This document shows, piece by piece, positions 44,030-58,504 of a stretch of DNA of 64,000 nucleotides; the first letter of the stretch is position 1; each line of letters begins with the position of its first letter. Made by a program: the position numbers and the translations under genes. The notes beneath the pieces are model-generated. The model saw only the letters and a list, made by a program, of their open reading frames with translations. It ran no database searches and was not told the origin of the DNA. Source of the DNA: Eledone cirrhosa (taxonomy: Eukaryota); NCBI GenBank assembly GCA_964016885.1, contig OZ024745.1:18476001-18540000 (forward strand). Reading direction: 5' to 3'.

Positions 44030-44517
44030 TCAGGTCACCAGTTGGTGCTACTGATAACATGTATCCCAGTACAACCTGTCACATGGTCAGGTCGTTGGCG
44101 ACTAAACTGGCAACCCTACCTACGTTTCTTGGTGAGGAGAGTGAGTTTGGACATCCTGCAGGACTAAAAACAAAACCTCTCAAAGAGCAAAGGAGCTCTT
44201 AAGAGTCAATGGCCATCCAAAATCACCGGGAGAGATGACCCATTAGCCTTTGTCAAGGCAGAATTCTAGGAGAAGGAACTCTGATATAACACCTGCAACC
44301 CTGATGGTATCCAATGATGTTGACTTGTCCTTCTTTTTGGTAAATATCATCTTGGTTAAGAGAGTGGGACTGGCTTTGTGCAGTGCCTTTGCTCACTATA
44401 AAAGCTTCACGGCACAGGAATTGCTTTATATCTGGAGATCTCTCTGCACTTGTTATCTAATGGTACCATGGGCCCATAAAGTAGTGGCCGTACTCGAAAA
44501 CGAGTTGACAACCACCA
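44030..44517 (+). mobile_element. Second copy of non-autonomous RTE-derived element
   Basis: High identity to 121-703; lacks the ~130-bp segment at 540-660. Confidence 0.7.
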
Positions 44518-44587
44518 TATATATATATAGTGTGTGTTTGTATGTGTATATATATATATATATATATAGTGTGTGTGTGTGTGTGTG

Positions 44588-44646
<59 letters not shown>

Positions 44647-45566
44647 GAAGAAATATGTGAAGAAACTAAAGATAATTAAAGACATAGAAATGGCGACATT
44701 ATTTAATAAATGTTGACATATCAGTGAAAACCACTTCAAATGAATACTTATAGAGAGTCAAGTATCTAGTCTGTTGGATCGAGCATTTTGATGATCTATT
44801 TTCTATTTTGATGAAATGCCATATTATTAATTTCCACAATTGATAAAATGTTGCCATGATGCTTTTAAATATCTGTTTACTTTGTAACTATGGACAATAT
44901 TCTGAATATCTCTCTTCCAGATTTCAAATCTCCGGGGGAAAAAATAAATGTGAATTTGTATACATCACAATGCCTCACGTATATGCCATCACCATTATCA
45001 TTTTCTAATTAACTTAAACCTTTGCCCGGTTTAACACCATTAGCTAGACCTGGAGTAAGTTTTGTCAAGTTTGTTTTTCCTGTTGCCAGAATTCAGACTT
45101 GTTGTTCGGTTTGAGTACACCTCCGTTTCTCCTCTAGTAACATAAGCCCTGAAAAGGCCCGTGTGTACTGCTAATTTTCGCTGATAAATTCCTGTCTGAA
45201 ATACGCTTATTTAAGAGGATGAGGAGTAGGGAAGGAGTGCGCAGTGCCTAGTGTATATTAGGTTCTCACAGTCTGTTGATATTCGTTTGTTTCTATAATT
45301 TTTCATTGCTATCCACAAACTTTATCCAAGCGGTACACTGAAGCTATTCTGAAACGGCAAACTTAAACGTGTATTATGGGTGACCATCTTTCAACCAGTT
45401 TAATTTTGTCATGAGGCTAATCAGTAGCAACAATTCTACAAGGTAGCTCAGGTTAATGGAAATATAAGTCAAAGTTCCATTCAACCGTTTAAAATAAGTA
45501 AAGGACAATTTAGATAATTTTAAATACCCCATTAATGACTCTCTCTCTCTCTCTCTCTCGCTCACG

Positions 45567-45640
<74 letters not shown>

Positions 45641-46346
45641 CTCTCTCTCTCTTTCTCCCCCCTCTCTCTCTCTATCTCTCTCTCTCTTACAACCCCAGTG
45701 GTTAGTTTTCTCTCTCAATCACATTAACCTTACTTCTCTCCTGATGCTTGGAGGCTTGACAGCACTATCAGAAATGTGCAACGACCAATCAAGGTTGCAT
45801 ATAGCAGTCCTATTTAGAATTATTGTCTCCTCATTTGAACTGAAACTCATTCAACATACTACTGATGAATGGTGTGGCTCTTGCATTATTGAAAATGACA
45901 GGTTCACACCACTCATCTTTGACATGATGTATTATTGTGGTGTGTGGATAATGTTTAAAAAGGTTTAAAGTTTGTCTCAAACCCGGAGACTCATCAGACC
46001 GCTTCTTATCCCAGTTTGTGTGGCATTAAGCGACCGACATTACAAGACAGCCCCTGGTCAGTACACCAATCCATCGCAGGCTTACTCTCCCAGCTATTGA
46101 ATAATGACTTGAGAGTATAATTTCAATAGAGTAATGAATCGTAGCAACATCTCGAGACGAGTGTGTGTTCTTTATGTTGCTGTTTAATTGCAAGACATCC
46201 ACGACATATAAACATATACGTTCCAAACACAACCACATATAGTTTTGTATTTTTTTTTTTGCTTAATTATGCATTGCATATTTTACAAAACTGCATGATG
46301 TGATTTCATGACTTTCGCTAGACATCTTCAGTTCTAAACACAAATC

Positions 46347-46538
46347 TAAGAGGGTGGGCGGAAACGTCATAAGCTGACATTGAAGAAATGATGCTAGAGG
46401 TGTGAAATCTTGCATGTATTAATTTCGACTCCTCTTATTAATAACTGCGCTGTTTCTTTCCAGGGACTATGTTTAAAAATAAACCTCATTTTGTCATTCC
46501 ATGAGAGTGTTTTGGTCAGCCAATGAACGTTTCAATAT
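46347..46538. mobile_element. Mariner-type MITE (degenerate)
   Basis: Imperfect TIRs GAAACGTCATAAGCTGAC / GTCAGCCAATGAACGTTTC; starts GAGGG like mariner TACGAGGG ends. Confidence 0.55.
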
Positions 46539-46700
46539 TTCATAATTAATATTGGTGTGATTACTTAAGTAACAGATACAAAACCAGTAACTTAGTTAAC
46601 TTTTACAAGACAAGTATATAACTTCTATAGAAAGGAATATATTCCAAAGAAACAGATTATTTGATCAGAGTAAATAAACGACTCTCTCTTTCTCTCTCAA

Positions 46701-46741
<41 letters not shown>

Positions 46742-47504
46742 TGTTTAGTACCTTACCTTTTCTCCCATCCCGTAAAATCAATGGATATGTGTCTACATGA
46801 AAAGTTTTCCTGTGTGTATGTGTTGTACACATAGAACATCTATATATAAACATAGTATGTAAAGTTACATAGTAACATACGTACAATTTAATCTGTTTTA
46901 TCTCAGCTGTCACTTTTTTTTTTAGAAATCGTTGATAAAATATACGAATCATCACGAGAATAGCGCAAGAGAATTTTAGTTTATTTTTGTTCTTTTAACG
47001 TACAGACTGGGACGTTAAAAGAAGGGAAATTTTACATTTAACTCCTCCCAGGGATATTCAATTCGAAACCTATAAATTCCTACACTAGATTCATAAAATA
47101 AACTAACATATCATTGTTGAGTTAAATGTTTCTCTCAGATGTTATACTTATTTGTTTAAAGTTTATATTGATTCATGTTCAAAGTCACCTGAGAATGGAA
47201 ATGCAAAGTGGCTAGATAAAATGATAGACGGTGGCTTCAAGCAAAGCCACGTTAAAGACAAACGCTAAGACCTTTTCAATGTAACATAACAAGGAGGTAT
47301 CTGGGCCAATGGGTATGGTGTTGAGCTCAGGGTCATAAAGTCATGTGTTTTATTCCCAAACCGAATGACGTTTGTTTCTTTGAGCAACGCACTTTATTTC
47401 TCGTTGCTTCAGTTCACAAGAAAATAACTCCGGGCGCTTACCTCCCCTCTCCTCAATATTATAAAGACAAAACCGTTGACTTATTTATTGCAGATATTGT
47501 ATGA

Positions 47505-47875
47505 CAGTATCGGTAAAGCGTCCCATTGCATGTTTTGTGGTATATAGTTACATCCCTTTAGGTTATGTGTTTAAATCATGTCGAGGTTAGCTTGGCCTGT
47601 CATTATTACAGGGTCGATAAAATAAAGTGCCAATAAAGTGCAATGTCAAATTGCTGGCCTTGAGCCAAAAGTAGAAACATTATTCGGTGGATTGGAAGTA
47701 TCGCTAGAGAGTCGGACGCCATGCTTTACAGAAAAGAGTGACGGCCATTTATGATCTGAGTTCAAATCCCGCCGAGGTTAACTTTGCCTTTCATCCTTAC
47801 GAGGTCAATAAAATAAAGTACCAGTAATACACTGGAATAATTTCTAGCCTTGTGCCAAAAAGTAGAAACAATTAT
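47505..47875 (+). mobile_element. Two tandem Deu/Nin-core SINEs
   Basis: Older copy ~47505-47682 followed by a younger copy 47684-47875. Confidence 0.8.
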
Positions 47876-48079
47876 TAATATTGTTGTTGTTATTGTTGTT
47901 ATACTGTGTTCGATTTAATAAACTATACCTCTCTCCCATGTTTGAGACTTTGACTCTGCGTTAGAATTATTGCTGCTGTTATTGATGATGATGATGCTTA
48001 CTTAATTTTATTTTGACAAACGTTTTATACAAATGCGTTAATTTAGAACATTCGTGAGAATCATTTGAGTATATATACG

Positions 48080-49068
<989 letters not shown>

Positions 49069-49084
49069 ATATATATATATATAT

Positions 49085-49509
49085 GATTTTTTTTTTGTCG
49101 TTTTGGAAACCTCAACAATGTAGATAGGTAAATTCCCGGGTAACAGAGAGATTTAATTGTCCCTATATTTCGGATTCGCATCCATCAACCGGAGGGCGTC
49201 TCCGACAGATAACTCCCCCCCCCCCCACCCCACCTTCCGCAAAAAAACCCAGTTGATGGATGCGAATCCGAAATATAGGGACAATTAAATCTCTCCCAAG
49301 GTAACTCTATCTCGTGTTATTATTTTTATTTTTTACGCTCTTTCCTACGTTCCTCTACACACTATACATCTCATTCTACATTCCATTACATCTCTCTCTC
49401 CACCACCGGATTCTGTTAACCGGAGATTTAACCATCTGCATTTTTTAGGCTTCCAAAACGACCAAAAAAAATCTTATTATTCCACAATTCTTCAAGCAAA
49501 CTTCAATAC

Positions 49510-49515
<6 letters not shown>
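49085..49515. mobile_element. Fold-back mini-element with CNGTTGA HHR variant
   Basis: 49248-49280: CC CAGTTGA T GGAT gcga ATCC GAAA TA TA GGG; inverted copy at 49161-49193; 3' end resembles 43570-43655. Confidence 0.75.
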
Positions 49516-49587
<72 letters not shown>

Positions 49588-49591
<4 letters not shown>

Positions 49592-49916
49592 CAAAGGAAT
49601 TGTGGTAAGGGCCAGATCGACCATAACGCACCAGAGTACTCAATACTCAGGGTAGTAGAGTGGGAAATAGCCGTTAAAATGGCTTGAGCTCTGCCGTCGG
49701 AGTCATACTTTTTCCTATATATATATATATAGGAGAAAGTATGACCCCGACGGCAGAGCTCAAGCCGTTTCGACGGCTATTTCTGGACATAGCCGTCGAA
49801 ACGGCTTGAGCTCTGCCGTCGGGGTCATACTTTCTCCTATTACCCACTCTACTACCCTAAGTATTGAGTACTCTGGTGCGTTATGGTCCATCTGGCTCCT
49901 TACCACAATTCCTTCG

Positions 49917-49920
<4 letters not shown>
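49588..49920. mobile_element. Multiply inverted family B fragments
   Basis: Four family B pieces in alternating orientation. Confidence 0.8.
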
Positions 49921-49986
<66 letters not shown>

Positions 49987-50534
49987 GAAAATAGAGAAAT
50001 TAATGTGAGCAAGAAAGCAACAGTATTTCATAATATTTAAATGACTATAACGTCAAGATGGAAAATATTTAACGTAAGATATAGGAAAATAATTCAAAAT
50101 ACACATCTAAGTATATATATTGCCAGTGATGATAACAGAGGAAATCTTATGTGTGGCATGAATAAAAAATTGATCAAGTTTCAGTTTACTACATTGTAGA
50201 AATTGTATGGATATGTCTGGATACATTTAGTATTTGGACTTTGGTTGGCGTGATTTGTTTCCTAATATTTATCATAGAATATATATATTTACACATGTTT
50301 GTTCTTATCTACCACAATATCATTTATCCTCTCCTGATTGGTGACATTGATGAAATGAAGTGGTGAGGTGTCGAATATAAAGAAATGCTTGACATGAAAC
50401 TACGGAGTGTATGTGTAAACGTGTGTGTAAACGTATGTGTGAACGTGTGCGTAAACGTATGCCTGTTTATATGTGTGTGTATGTGTATGTATTTTATTGT
50501 ATGTATGGAAGTTGCAGTCATATCTGTCTCCTTT

Positions 50535-50593
<59 letters not shown>

Positions 50594-50636
50594 ATATTAA
50601 ATAAATGGAAACTATATTAATAAAACCATATTTATT

Positions 50637-50689
50637 CTATTATATATATTTCAAGGGTACCAAAACGCTGGTACGCCCTCATCAGATAA
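50637..50689 (-). ncRNA. Type I hammerhead (family M, element 50589-50846)
   Basis: TTAT CTGATGA GGG C GTACCA gcgttt TGGTAC CCT T GAAA TATATA TA ATAG AATAAA. Confidence 0.85.
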
Positions 50690-50887
50690 AATACAAAGTT
50701 TGTTTTATAAATATTGACATAACCAGGAAGAAAATCTTAACGGTTCAAGTTTTTCGTGGATATGATAATCTAGAAAATATGTCGAGTGCTTCGAATCAGT
50801 TATAAACATTTTTATTTTTGTTGAATTACCAACAAATTAAATATTTAGGCCGTTTGAGCAATCGATGATCTTACAGAGCAGTGTATA

Positions 50888-51155
50888 ATATCACATAAGA
50901 AACGGAGAATCAGTGTTGCGACGAATTAGAATTTATTAGACCTATTACAATCGTTTCTCTGGCCACCAGCTCGAAAAGTTCCAAATGAAAATTCTGCTTT
51001 GGGATAAAGACGTATCTGAAGAACTTGCGATTTCAGAGTCACGTTCAATCATCGCATCGATCGTACCTCGAGCTGGTCACCAGAGAAACGATTTGTAACA
51101 TGTCTAATAAATTCTAATTCGTCGCAACATTGATTCTCCGTTTCTCATGTGATAT
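50888..51155. mobile_element. Fold-back mini-element (~80-bp arms) carrying the 3' half of an HHR
   Basis: Inverted arms; CTGG..CCAG A GAAAC GATT GTA...AATAAA present, CTGANGA half not found. Confidence 0.6.
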
Positions 51156-51199
51156 ATATATCTATGTATGTATGTATATATGTATATATACATATATAT

Positions 51200-51696
51200 A
51201 TGTCGGCTCACTCTTGAATGCTACTCGTAACATGTAACCCAGTACAACCTGTCGCAAAGTCGGGTCGCCGGCGACTAAACCGGCAACCCCACCAAGTTTA
51301 CTTGGTGAGGAGGGAGATTTTGGACACCCTGCAGAACAAAAATCAAAACCTGACAAAGGGCGGAAGAACTCATCCGAAAGTATGTAAATATGTATATACA
51401 CATGTACCACCCGGTTAAACCACTGGTAGTGAAGGACCCCAAGCCTTTGTCAGGGCATTCTTCTAGGAGAAAGCAGCTCAGGAAACTGGGATAACTCCGA
51501 TATAAAACCTGCGGCTCAGTAGTTACTGATGATGTTGATCTTTTCTTCTTTTCGTGTTATAGCTACTGTCGGTCAGAGAGTGGGATTGGGTCACTTTAAA
51601 GTGGTTCCTCACGCACAGGCATTGCACAATAGAATTAATTAATAATTATTAATAATGGTATATCGTGCAATGGCCATTCTCGATAACGAAGGGGCA

Positions 51697-51702
<6 letters not shown>
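51200..51702 (+). mobile_element. Diverged RTE-derived non-autonomous element
   Basis: Shares CCCAGTACAACCTGTC, GGCGACTAAAC.GGCAACCCCACC, TCTAGGAGAA and the GGCAGCCA end with 121-703. Confidence 0.6.
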
Positions 51703-51735
<33 letters not shown>

Positions 51736-51743
51736 ATAGAAGG

Positions 51744-51794
51744 AGCTTCTACAGGACTAGTACTGTTTCATTCAGATGAAATCTTCAGGAAGCT
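51744..51794 (-). ncRNA. Type I hammerhead overlapping a 74-bp perfect palindrome (51756-51829)
   Basis: AGCTTC CTGAAGA TTTCA tc TGAA T GAAACAG tactagtc CTGTA GAAGCT. Confidence 0.9.
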
Positions 51795-51831
51795 TCCTGA
51801 AGATTTCATCTGAATGAAACAGTACTAGTAC

Positions 51832-52821
51832 AGATGCGAAAAATATGTCGAAACACATTCGAAATGGCTCTCTCTAACGGCACCCATACTCCCTCGTAAA
51901 TACCTAATTACAGAAATTGCAGGAGAACCAGAAGAAGAAACAAAACTCCGATGGGAACTTACATTGACAAAATTCAGGACCGACATCTCCATTTCTGAAT
52001 GTAAACAATCCTGCTACAAATCCAAATATGAAGCTATTGATGACCAAATTGAAGTTGAAATTTCAAAGCTAACGACTGGTATTATAGCTGAAAAACTACG
52101 AGAACTATGGATCGGAGATATCTCAAAAGAAGAAAACAAATCAAGAAAGGTATGGCAGCAGAAACAATTATTTCTCGATGAATATGCTGCAAATTACGGT
52201 AAAGACTCTGGAACCCTGAGAAAAAGCATTAAAAGTGGACAATCTCATCAACACAACATACGCCAGAACACGTGCCAACACAAACACTCACTTTACCTTG
52301 AATCAAAGAAGCACTACGGTAATAACTCTTCGCTTTTTCTACAAAAACACCCTATCGCACACAACATGAACAAAAAGCACAAACACGATAGGTATTCCTT
52401 TGACCAGACCATGAGAACTAGTAAAACCAGGAGATCATTCTCAAGATCTCAACAGAGACTACCAACAAGGAATGTGGAAACAAAACGTAGAATAACCAGA
52501 TCACACTCAAGATCTCAACAGAGATTACCAACAAGAAACTGGACGAAAAAACGATCTAAACCTGAAAGCAAACCTAGGTCATTTTCCCAGATTGTTAAAA
52601 ATAATGCTAACAGGAAGAAAAATAATATACAGAATACCAAAAATAGGACAAAATACATAACGAAACCAAATATAATATCACGACCAAAAGTTCATCAAGC
52701 GAACACCAACAGGAATATAAATCCTGAACAGAGAAAAATCCATTTTTTAACGTCAGGACAACAAAAACCGGAAAAAGAAAAACTCCAGGAGGAAACATAC
52801 CCAAAACAGCTGTACACGTAG
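51832..52821 (+). CDS. PLE N-terminal ORF (5'-truncated), helical then basic/RS-rich region
   Basis: Frame is open from the palindrome junction (RCEKYVETHSKW...) through the 285-aa track ORF; duplicated SRSQQRLPTRN; directly precedes and overlaps the RT frame. Confidence 0.6.
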   Translation, partial: RCEKYVETHSKWLSLTAPILPRKYLITEIAGEPEEETKLRWELTLTKFRTDISISECKQSCYKSKYEAIDDQIEVEISKLTTGIIAEKLRELWIGDISKEENKSRKVWQQKQLFLDEYAANYGKDSGTLRKSIKSGQSHQHNIRQNTCQHKHSLYLESKKHYGNNSSLFLQKHPIAHNMNKKHKHDRYSFDQTMRTSKTRRSFSRSQQRLPTRNVETKRRITRSHSRSQQRLPTRNWTKKRSKPESKPRSFSQIVKNNANRKKNNIQNTKNRTKYITKPNIISRPKVHQANTNRNINPEQRKIHFLTSGQQKPEKEKLQEETYPKQLYT

Positions 52822-55054
52822 ATCCTAAAAGAATTAATTTATCTAAAAGAGATCTTGACAATGATGAAATGCAAATTCTGTCAAAAGGACTGAAATTCAC
52901 ACCGACTCCAACAGTCAACCACCAAGAACTGAAAGAGGATACCCAAGAATTCTGTCGAAAATTACGTCTTGTAGAATTCTTCGCTGATAAAAATAATGAG
53001 AGTGATGAATCACTAGTAAAGAATAAATCAAATTTCACTCCGCCAAAAGGAAGAAATATCTATCTCGACCAATACATTGACATCCTGTCTAAATTTCCTC
53101 TTAGACATAATACTAATGTTAGGCCAAACATTAACAAATCAGAAATGTCTGCACTTAAACGTATACAAAATGATAAAACAATAATAATTAAACAAGCAGA
53201 TAAAGGGGGTGCAGTTGTTATAATGGATACTGAATACTACAAGGATTTGGTTGAGGAACAACTGAAAGACACAACATTCTATCATGAAATACCGTCAAAT
53301 ATAGACCACAACATCATGAAGAGGATCAACAACCTGGCTTCAAAATACCACAACTCATTTACTGATAAGGAAAGAGACTACATCACCAATTTTGAGCCGA
53401 AACCCAGCAACCTGTATGGCCTACCGAAAGTTCACAAGTCAAAAGAAATACAACTGGCAGTAAGAGAACAAAACAGTGAGTACATTAAATTATTACACCC
53501 AAAAGACTTAAAACTTAGACCTATTATAGCTGGTCCAACATGCCCCACTCACCGTCTAAGCAATTTTGTTGACATTATTTTGAAACCACTATGTATTCAC
53601 ATACCCAGTTTATCCGGGATGATATCGACTTCCTGTCCCATCTTCCAAAAACCACGGAAACGAATTCACTTCTACTCAGTTTTGATGTGGTAAGCCTTTA
53701 CACCAACATTACACATGATTTATGAATAAAGGCGGTTAAATACTGGGTGGAAAAACATAGAGAAGTGATTCCCATTAGATTCACAGCGCCATTTATATTA
53801 GACGCAGTAAAACTTATTCTGGAAAACAAGACTTTCTTCTTCAATGGAAAGAATTACATCCAAATTAGAGGCACAGCGATGGGAACGAAGTTTACTCCCG
53901 TTTACGCGAACTCTGTAATGGGATACTTAGAACAACAACTCTACCAAGAAATAGAGGACAAATATAGTACTGACTTTAGAAAGTACATTGAAAAATCTTG
54001 GAAGAGATACCTTGACGACTGTTTCATCATCTGGACAGAATCTCTAGATACTCTGGATGAGTTCAATATCCTCCTGAATAACCTACACCCATCTCTTCAA
54101 TTCACAAAAGAGATGAGTAGGACCAAATTACCATTCCTAGATATAATGATAATCAAAAACGACACCACCATTACCACGGATATATATTATAAACACACAG
54201 ACACCCATCAATATCTGAATTTTAAGTCGTGCCATCCACCTCATACAAAACGCAACATCCCATACTGCCTAGCCAGAAGAATTTGTACCATTGTAGAAGA
54301 TACGAATACCAGGTACAAACGCCTAACAGAACTAAGAGAATTTTTGCTCAAACAAAAATACCCATCTCTACTTATAGAAAATGGCATACAGCGGGCTATA
54401 AAAATACCTATACAACAACTTAGAACAACCCAAGGAAGAAGAAACCAAGAACTGGTCATACCATTTATAATGACACACTACCAATGTCACCAGAATATCT
54501 TCAACACTGCCAAAGCAAACCTACCGATCATTGCTCAAAGTAATGAATTAAAAGGCTTAATCATAGATCGATCTTTGACTCTTAGTAAAAGACAGCCAGA
54601 AAATTTGAAGCAATTGCTAACAAAAGCAAAGTTTGACCTTAACAACAAAGACCAATCATTCACTGTATCTAAATGCAATGATAATCGATGCGGCACATGT
54701 CAATCCATACACGCCGGTCAATATATGAAAACAAAAACTGGAAAAATATTCCCAAATGCAAATATGAACTGCAAAAGCAAAAATCTAATTTACTGCATTA
54801 AATGCCCGAATTGTGAAGAACTATATGTCGGTCAAACTGGAAATGCACTATCGGAACGTGCACGGGTACAGTGTCAACAAATCAGAGACCCAAATGTCCG
54901 TCAGATACCCCTAAGCGGCCACCTGGCAACATGTGGTCAGGGAATATTTATAATATTCCCATTCTACAAATTACACAGCCCAAGTGAAATCAAGAGAAAA
55001 ATCAAAGAAAAGAATTGTATTGATAAATTCAAACCCAAGCTAAATGAACAATAA
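52743..55054 (+). pseudogene. PLE reverse transcriptase + GIY-YIG endonuclease (Neptune-like); one frameshift (~53610) and a TGA (53723)
   Basis: LSKGLKFTP, IKQADKGGAVV, YGLPKVHK, RPIIAG, SFDVVSLYTNI, GTAMGT, RYLDD, LPFLD, SCHP, CxxxRCxxC, LIYCIKC..C...YVGQT. Confidence 0.95.
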
Positions 55055-55427
55055 TAACGCCTAGGGGTATTACTTCTACTACCACTATGACCACGACCAC
55101 TAACAACAACAACAACAACAATAATAATAATAATAAAAGTGATGTTGATGGTGATGATTAATAGAAAATGCTATTTTCATCATTTCAAAAAGCAAAACAA
55201 TTGATACGTTGGATATGACTATTGGTCGTTAGCATGCTCAACCAGCCGTGACGCTTAAACCAATCAGCTGTAGTAATTCAGTGAAACTACACACTGATTG
55301 GTCGAAATACAGTTTACAGGGCTTTGCATTCTGGAGCCACTTTTCTCTGTATAAAATAATAAAAGGTAGGAAATTTACTCATCTCATTAGAGTTGAAAAT
55401 TGCAAACTCGACTGTCACCACATATCA

Positions 55428-55466
55428 TGAACCTGAAGATTGCGAAAGCATGAAAGTACTTGTTCA
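55428..55466 (+). ncRNA. Minimal type I hammerhead in the 3' pseudo-LTR (55055-~55620) of the PLE
   Basis: TGAAC CTGAAGA T TGC gaaa GCA T GAAA GTAC TT GTTCA; palindromic stem III AAGTACTT. Confidence 0.9.
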
Positions 55467-55636
55467 ATTAACACTTAGAATTTAATATTCTATCATACTA
55501 TTTCATTATAATACCATTATATATATTTTAAAGGATTGTAAATAAAACGAGTAAATCAGACAAAGTTGGAATTCCTCTTATTAATATAATCTTCTATACA
55601 CAATCATACACACCCGTGTATATTTACCTATCTATA

Positions 55637-55701
<65 letters not shown>

Positions 55702-55730
55702 GTATATATATATATATAAAATATATATGT

Positions 55731-55789
<59 letters not shown>

Positions 55790-55867
55790 AAGGAAAAGCG
55801 AAATACTTTCATATATATATATTGTTTTGCGAGGTTTTTGATATGAAATCGTGTGTCGAAACAAATA

Positions 55868-58403
55868 TTGTTATACTTGGGGAAGGTCATATTGTTGTAA
55901 TAATATTGCCAGAAATAATAACAGAACACACTCACTGTTTGGTTGGTTTTCGCTTCTGTATCTTTTATATCTCCACAGTTAATTTATTTGGCCATCAATG
56001 TTTATCATTGACTGACCAACTGTCAAAAATACGGATATAAATACATATATATAGTCTAACGAATTTCTTTCGTTGCACATATGCAGCATCATCAGTGGTA
56101 CTATTATGTTTCCTCCTGTTGTATTGTATGTCTACGCCATTCTTATTTTATCTATTTATTATTATTTTTTTCGTCTGTGCGCATGCGTTTGCGTGTGTGT
56201 ATATTGTTTGGTGTGTGTGTTCGCGTTTGGGTGACTGTGTTTTGGTTATTGTATTCTATCTTAGTTTATTAGTGTGTGTTTATATGTGTTTGTTGTTATT
56301 GTGCTTGTGTATATATTTATTTATTTATTTATTTATTTATATTTTTCTTAAGACAGTATTGTTTGATTGGGTGTTGTTGTTATTCCATTCATTTTTTCTG
56401 TTTAGCTTTGGCTTTCTAAGCGATTACCTTAGACGTTTCTGCCCTAGTAGACCCATAAGAGGTAGACCCCCCACCATAACCTCAATGGCAAAAAAAACTC
56501 CCATGGCAATGTAGATTGGGTTGACCAAAGCCATACGGACACCCCAAAACAATGATCAAGTGAGAAAAATGGTCGCGCATGCAATAGGGGCTAGTATTAA
56601 AACTACCCTGAAGGACCATATATTCAAATTCAACGAAAAGATCTACACCCAAATGAGGGAGCAGCCATTGGCGTCAGCATAGCTGGTGATGTTGCCACCC
56701 ATTTTACGGTATGGTGGGAAAGGAGACTCAAATATCTCCTTGAAGAGAGTTCCATAGACCACATCATGTACTCTCGTTACGTAGACGATATTAATATAGT
56801 AGTAAGGACACCCACACAAGAGAGTACTAACGTATATGATTTAGAATATAGCACAATGCAAAGCATCCAGCAGAGAGCGATCTCGATACACCAGAGTATA
56901 ACTGTAACTATCTACTACCCTTACAAACAACCTAACAATAGACTACCAGTATTAGACCCGAAACTGGATTAATACTATAGACCAGACTGCCAAATTCTCC
57001 ACTCAGACTGCGCTAAACACATGGCCTCCAAATACTTGATACTCAAAAACTCATCAATGTCCAGTAGTGCTAAGTTTAATATTCTAATCGCAGACTTGGT
57101 ACGAGTGATGAAGAACGTGTCCCGCATGTGCGACCCAACAGATATGAAAAGACACAACCAAGACTTCATCAACCGCATGCAGTTCTCTGGCTACAACCAA
57201 AGAGACAGAATCAGAGTATACGAAGGAGCCACGGAGTAGTATAAGGCCCTCATAGAACTGGACATGAAAGGAATTTGCCCATTATACAGGAGCAAATCAT
57301 GGAATAGCTTAGATAGGACTAAACATAAGATAGGGAAAGTCACCTCATAGTACGACAACCAGAGATACCAGAGTGTCATGTTCGTGGATGCTTGCCCTGG
57401 AGGGAAATTAGCTAACCAATGTAGAAAGGCCCTGAGAAAGATCCACTTAAAGAATAAAGTGATAGAAAAGCCAGGAACTACCATAAAATCCCTGATCAGC
57501 AAAACATACCCTTTTAAGAAAACCCACTGTACTAGTAAGAAATGTGTTATATGTAAAGTAAATCCCCAGATAAAATGTAAAACTAGAAATGTAGTCTATA
57601 GCATAAGATGTACAGAGGGTACTTGCAGAAACATGACAACAACATACATAGGTAAGACAGCTCGAAGCACAGGTGAAAGAATAGACCAACACTGGTGGGA
57701 ATTAAAAGGACAAAAAAACGATTCAGTACTATACGAACACACCAGACAACAGCATAACGATAACATAGACAACATAGAAATTAAAATAATATCTAAACAT
57801 AGCAATGACCCAACAGGTAGGCAAATCAGAGAAGCAAGTGAAATAGAACTTAGAATGCCAAAGCTAAACAAAAAAAAATGATTTGAATAACAACAACACC
57901 CAAACAAATAATACTGACTTAAGAGAAATATAAATAAATAAATAAATAAATAATTATATACACAAGCATAATAACAACAAACATATATAAACACACACTA
58001 ATAAACTAAGATAGAATACAATAACCAAAACACAGTCACCCAAACGCGAACACAGACACACACCAAACACTATACACACACGCAAACGCATGCCCAGAGA
58101 CGAAAACAAAATAAAATAGATAAAATATAAATGGCGTAGACATACAATACAACAGGAGGAAACACAATAGTACCACTGATGATGTTGCAGATGTGCAACG
58201 AAAGAAATTCGTTAGACTATATGTATGTATTTATATGTGTATTTTTGACCATTGGTCAGTCAATGATAAACATTGATGGCTAAATGAATTAACTGTGGAG
58301 ATATAAAAGATACAGAAGCGAAAACCAACCAAACAGTGAGTGTGTTCTGTTATTATTTCTGGCAATATTATTACAATAATATGACCCTCCCCAAGTATAA
58401 CAA
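55868..58403 (+). mobile_element. 5'-truncated family A PLE with inverted 5' pseudo-LTR (55868-56420) and 3' pseudo-LTR (~57850-58403)
   Basis: Decayed RT (YSRYVDD, RLPVLD, RMQFSGY) and GIY-YIG (NVVYSIRC...YIGKTAR) between ~550-bp inverted repeats. Confidence 0.95.
58167..58220 (+). ncRNA. Hammerhead motif of family A pseudo-LTR (inverted twin at 56051-56104)
   Basis: CTGATGA T GTTGCA gatg TGCAAC GAAA; outer ATAGT/ACTAT pairing; stem I imperfect. Confidence 0.65.
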
Positions 58404-58441
58404 TATATATATATATGTATATATGTATATATATATACATA

Positions 58442-58504
<63 letters not shown>

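Noticed and set aside
45730-46250. Possible decayed mariner transposase (NARPH-like motif on minus strand)
   Set aside because: Single weak motif requiring frameshifts.
53605-53615. Second frame break in the RT as a programmed frameshift
   Set aside because: It interrupts the conserved PSFIRD motif; best explained by a lost T in a homopolymer.
53723-53725. In-frame TGA in the PLE RT as possible selenocysteine (some Naiad PLEs encode Sec)
   Set aside because: It falls in HDL*IKAV where Gly (GGA) is expected, in a non-Naiad element. The Cys codons I read in the Naiad-like copies are TGY and I saw no SECIS.
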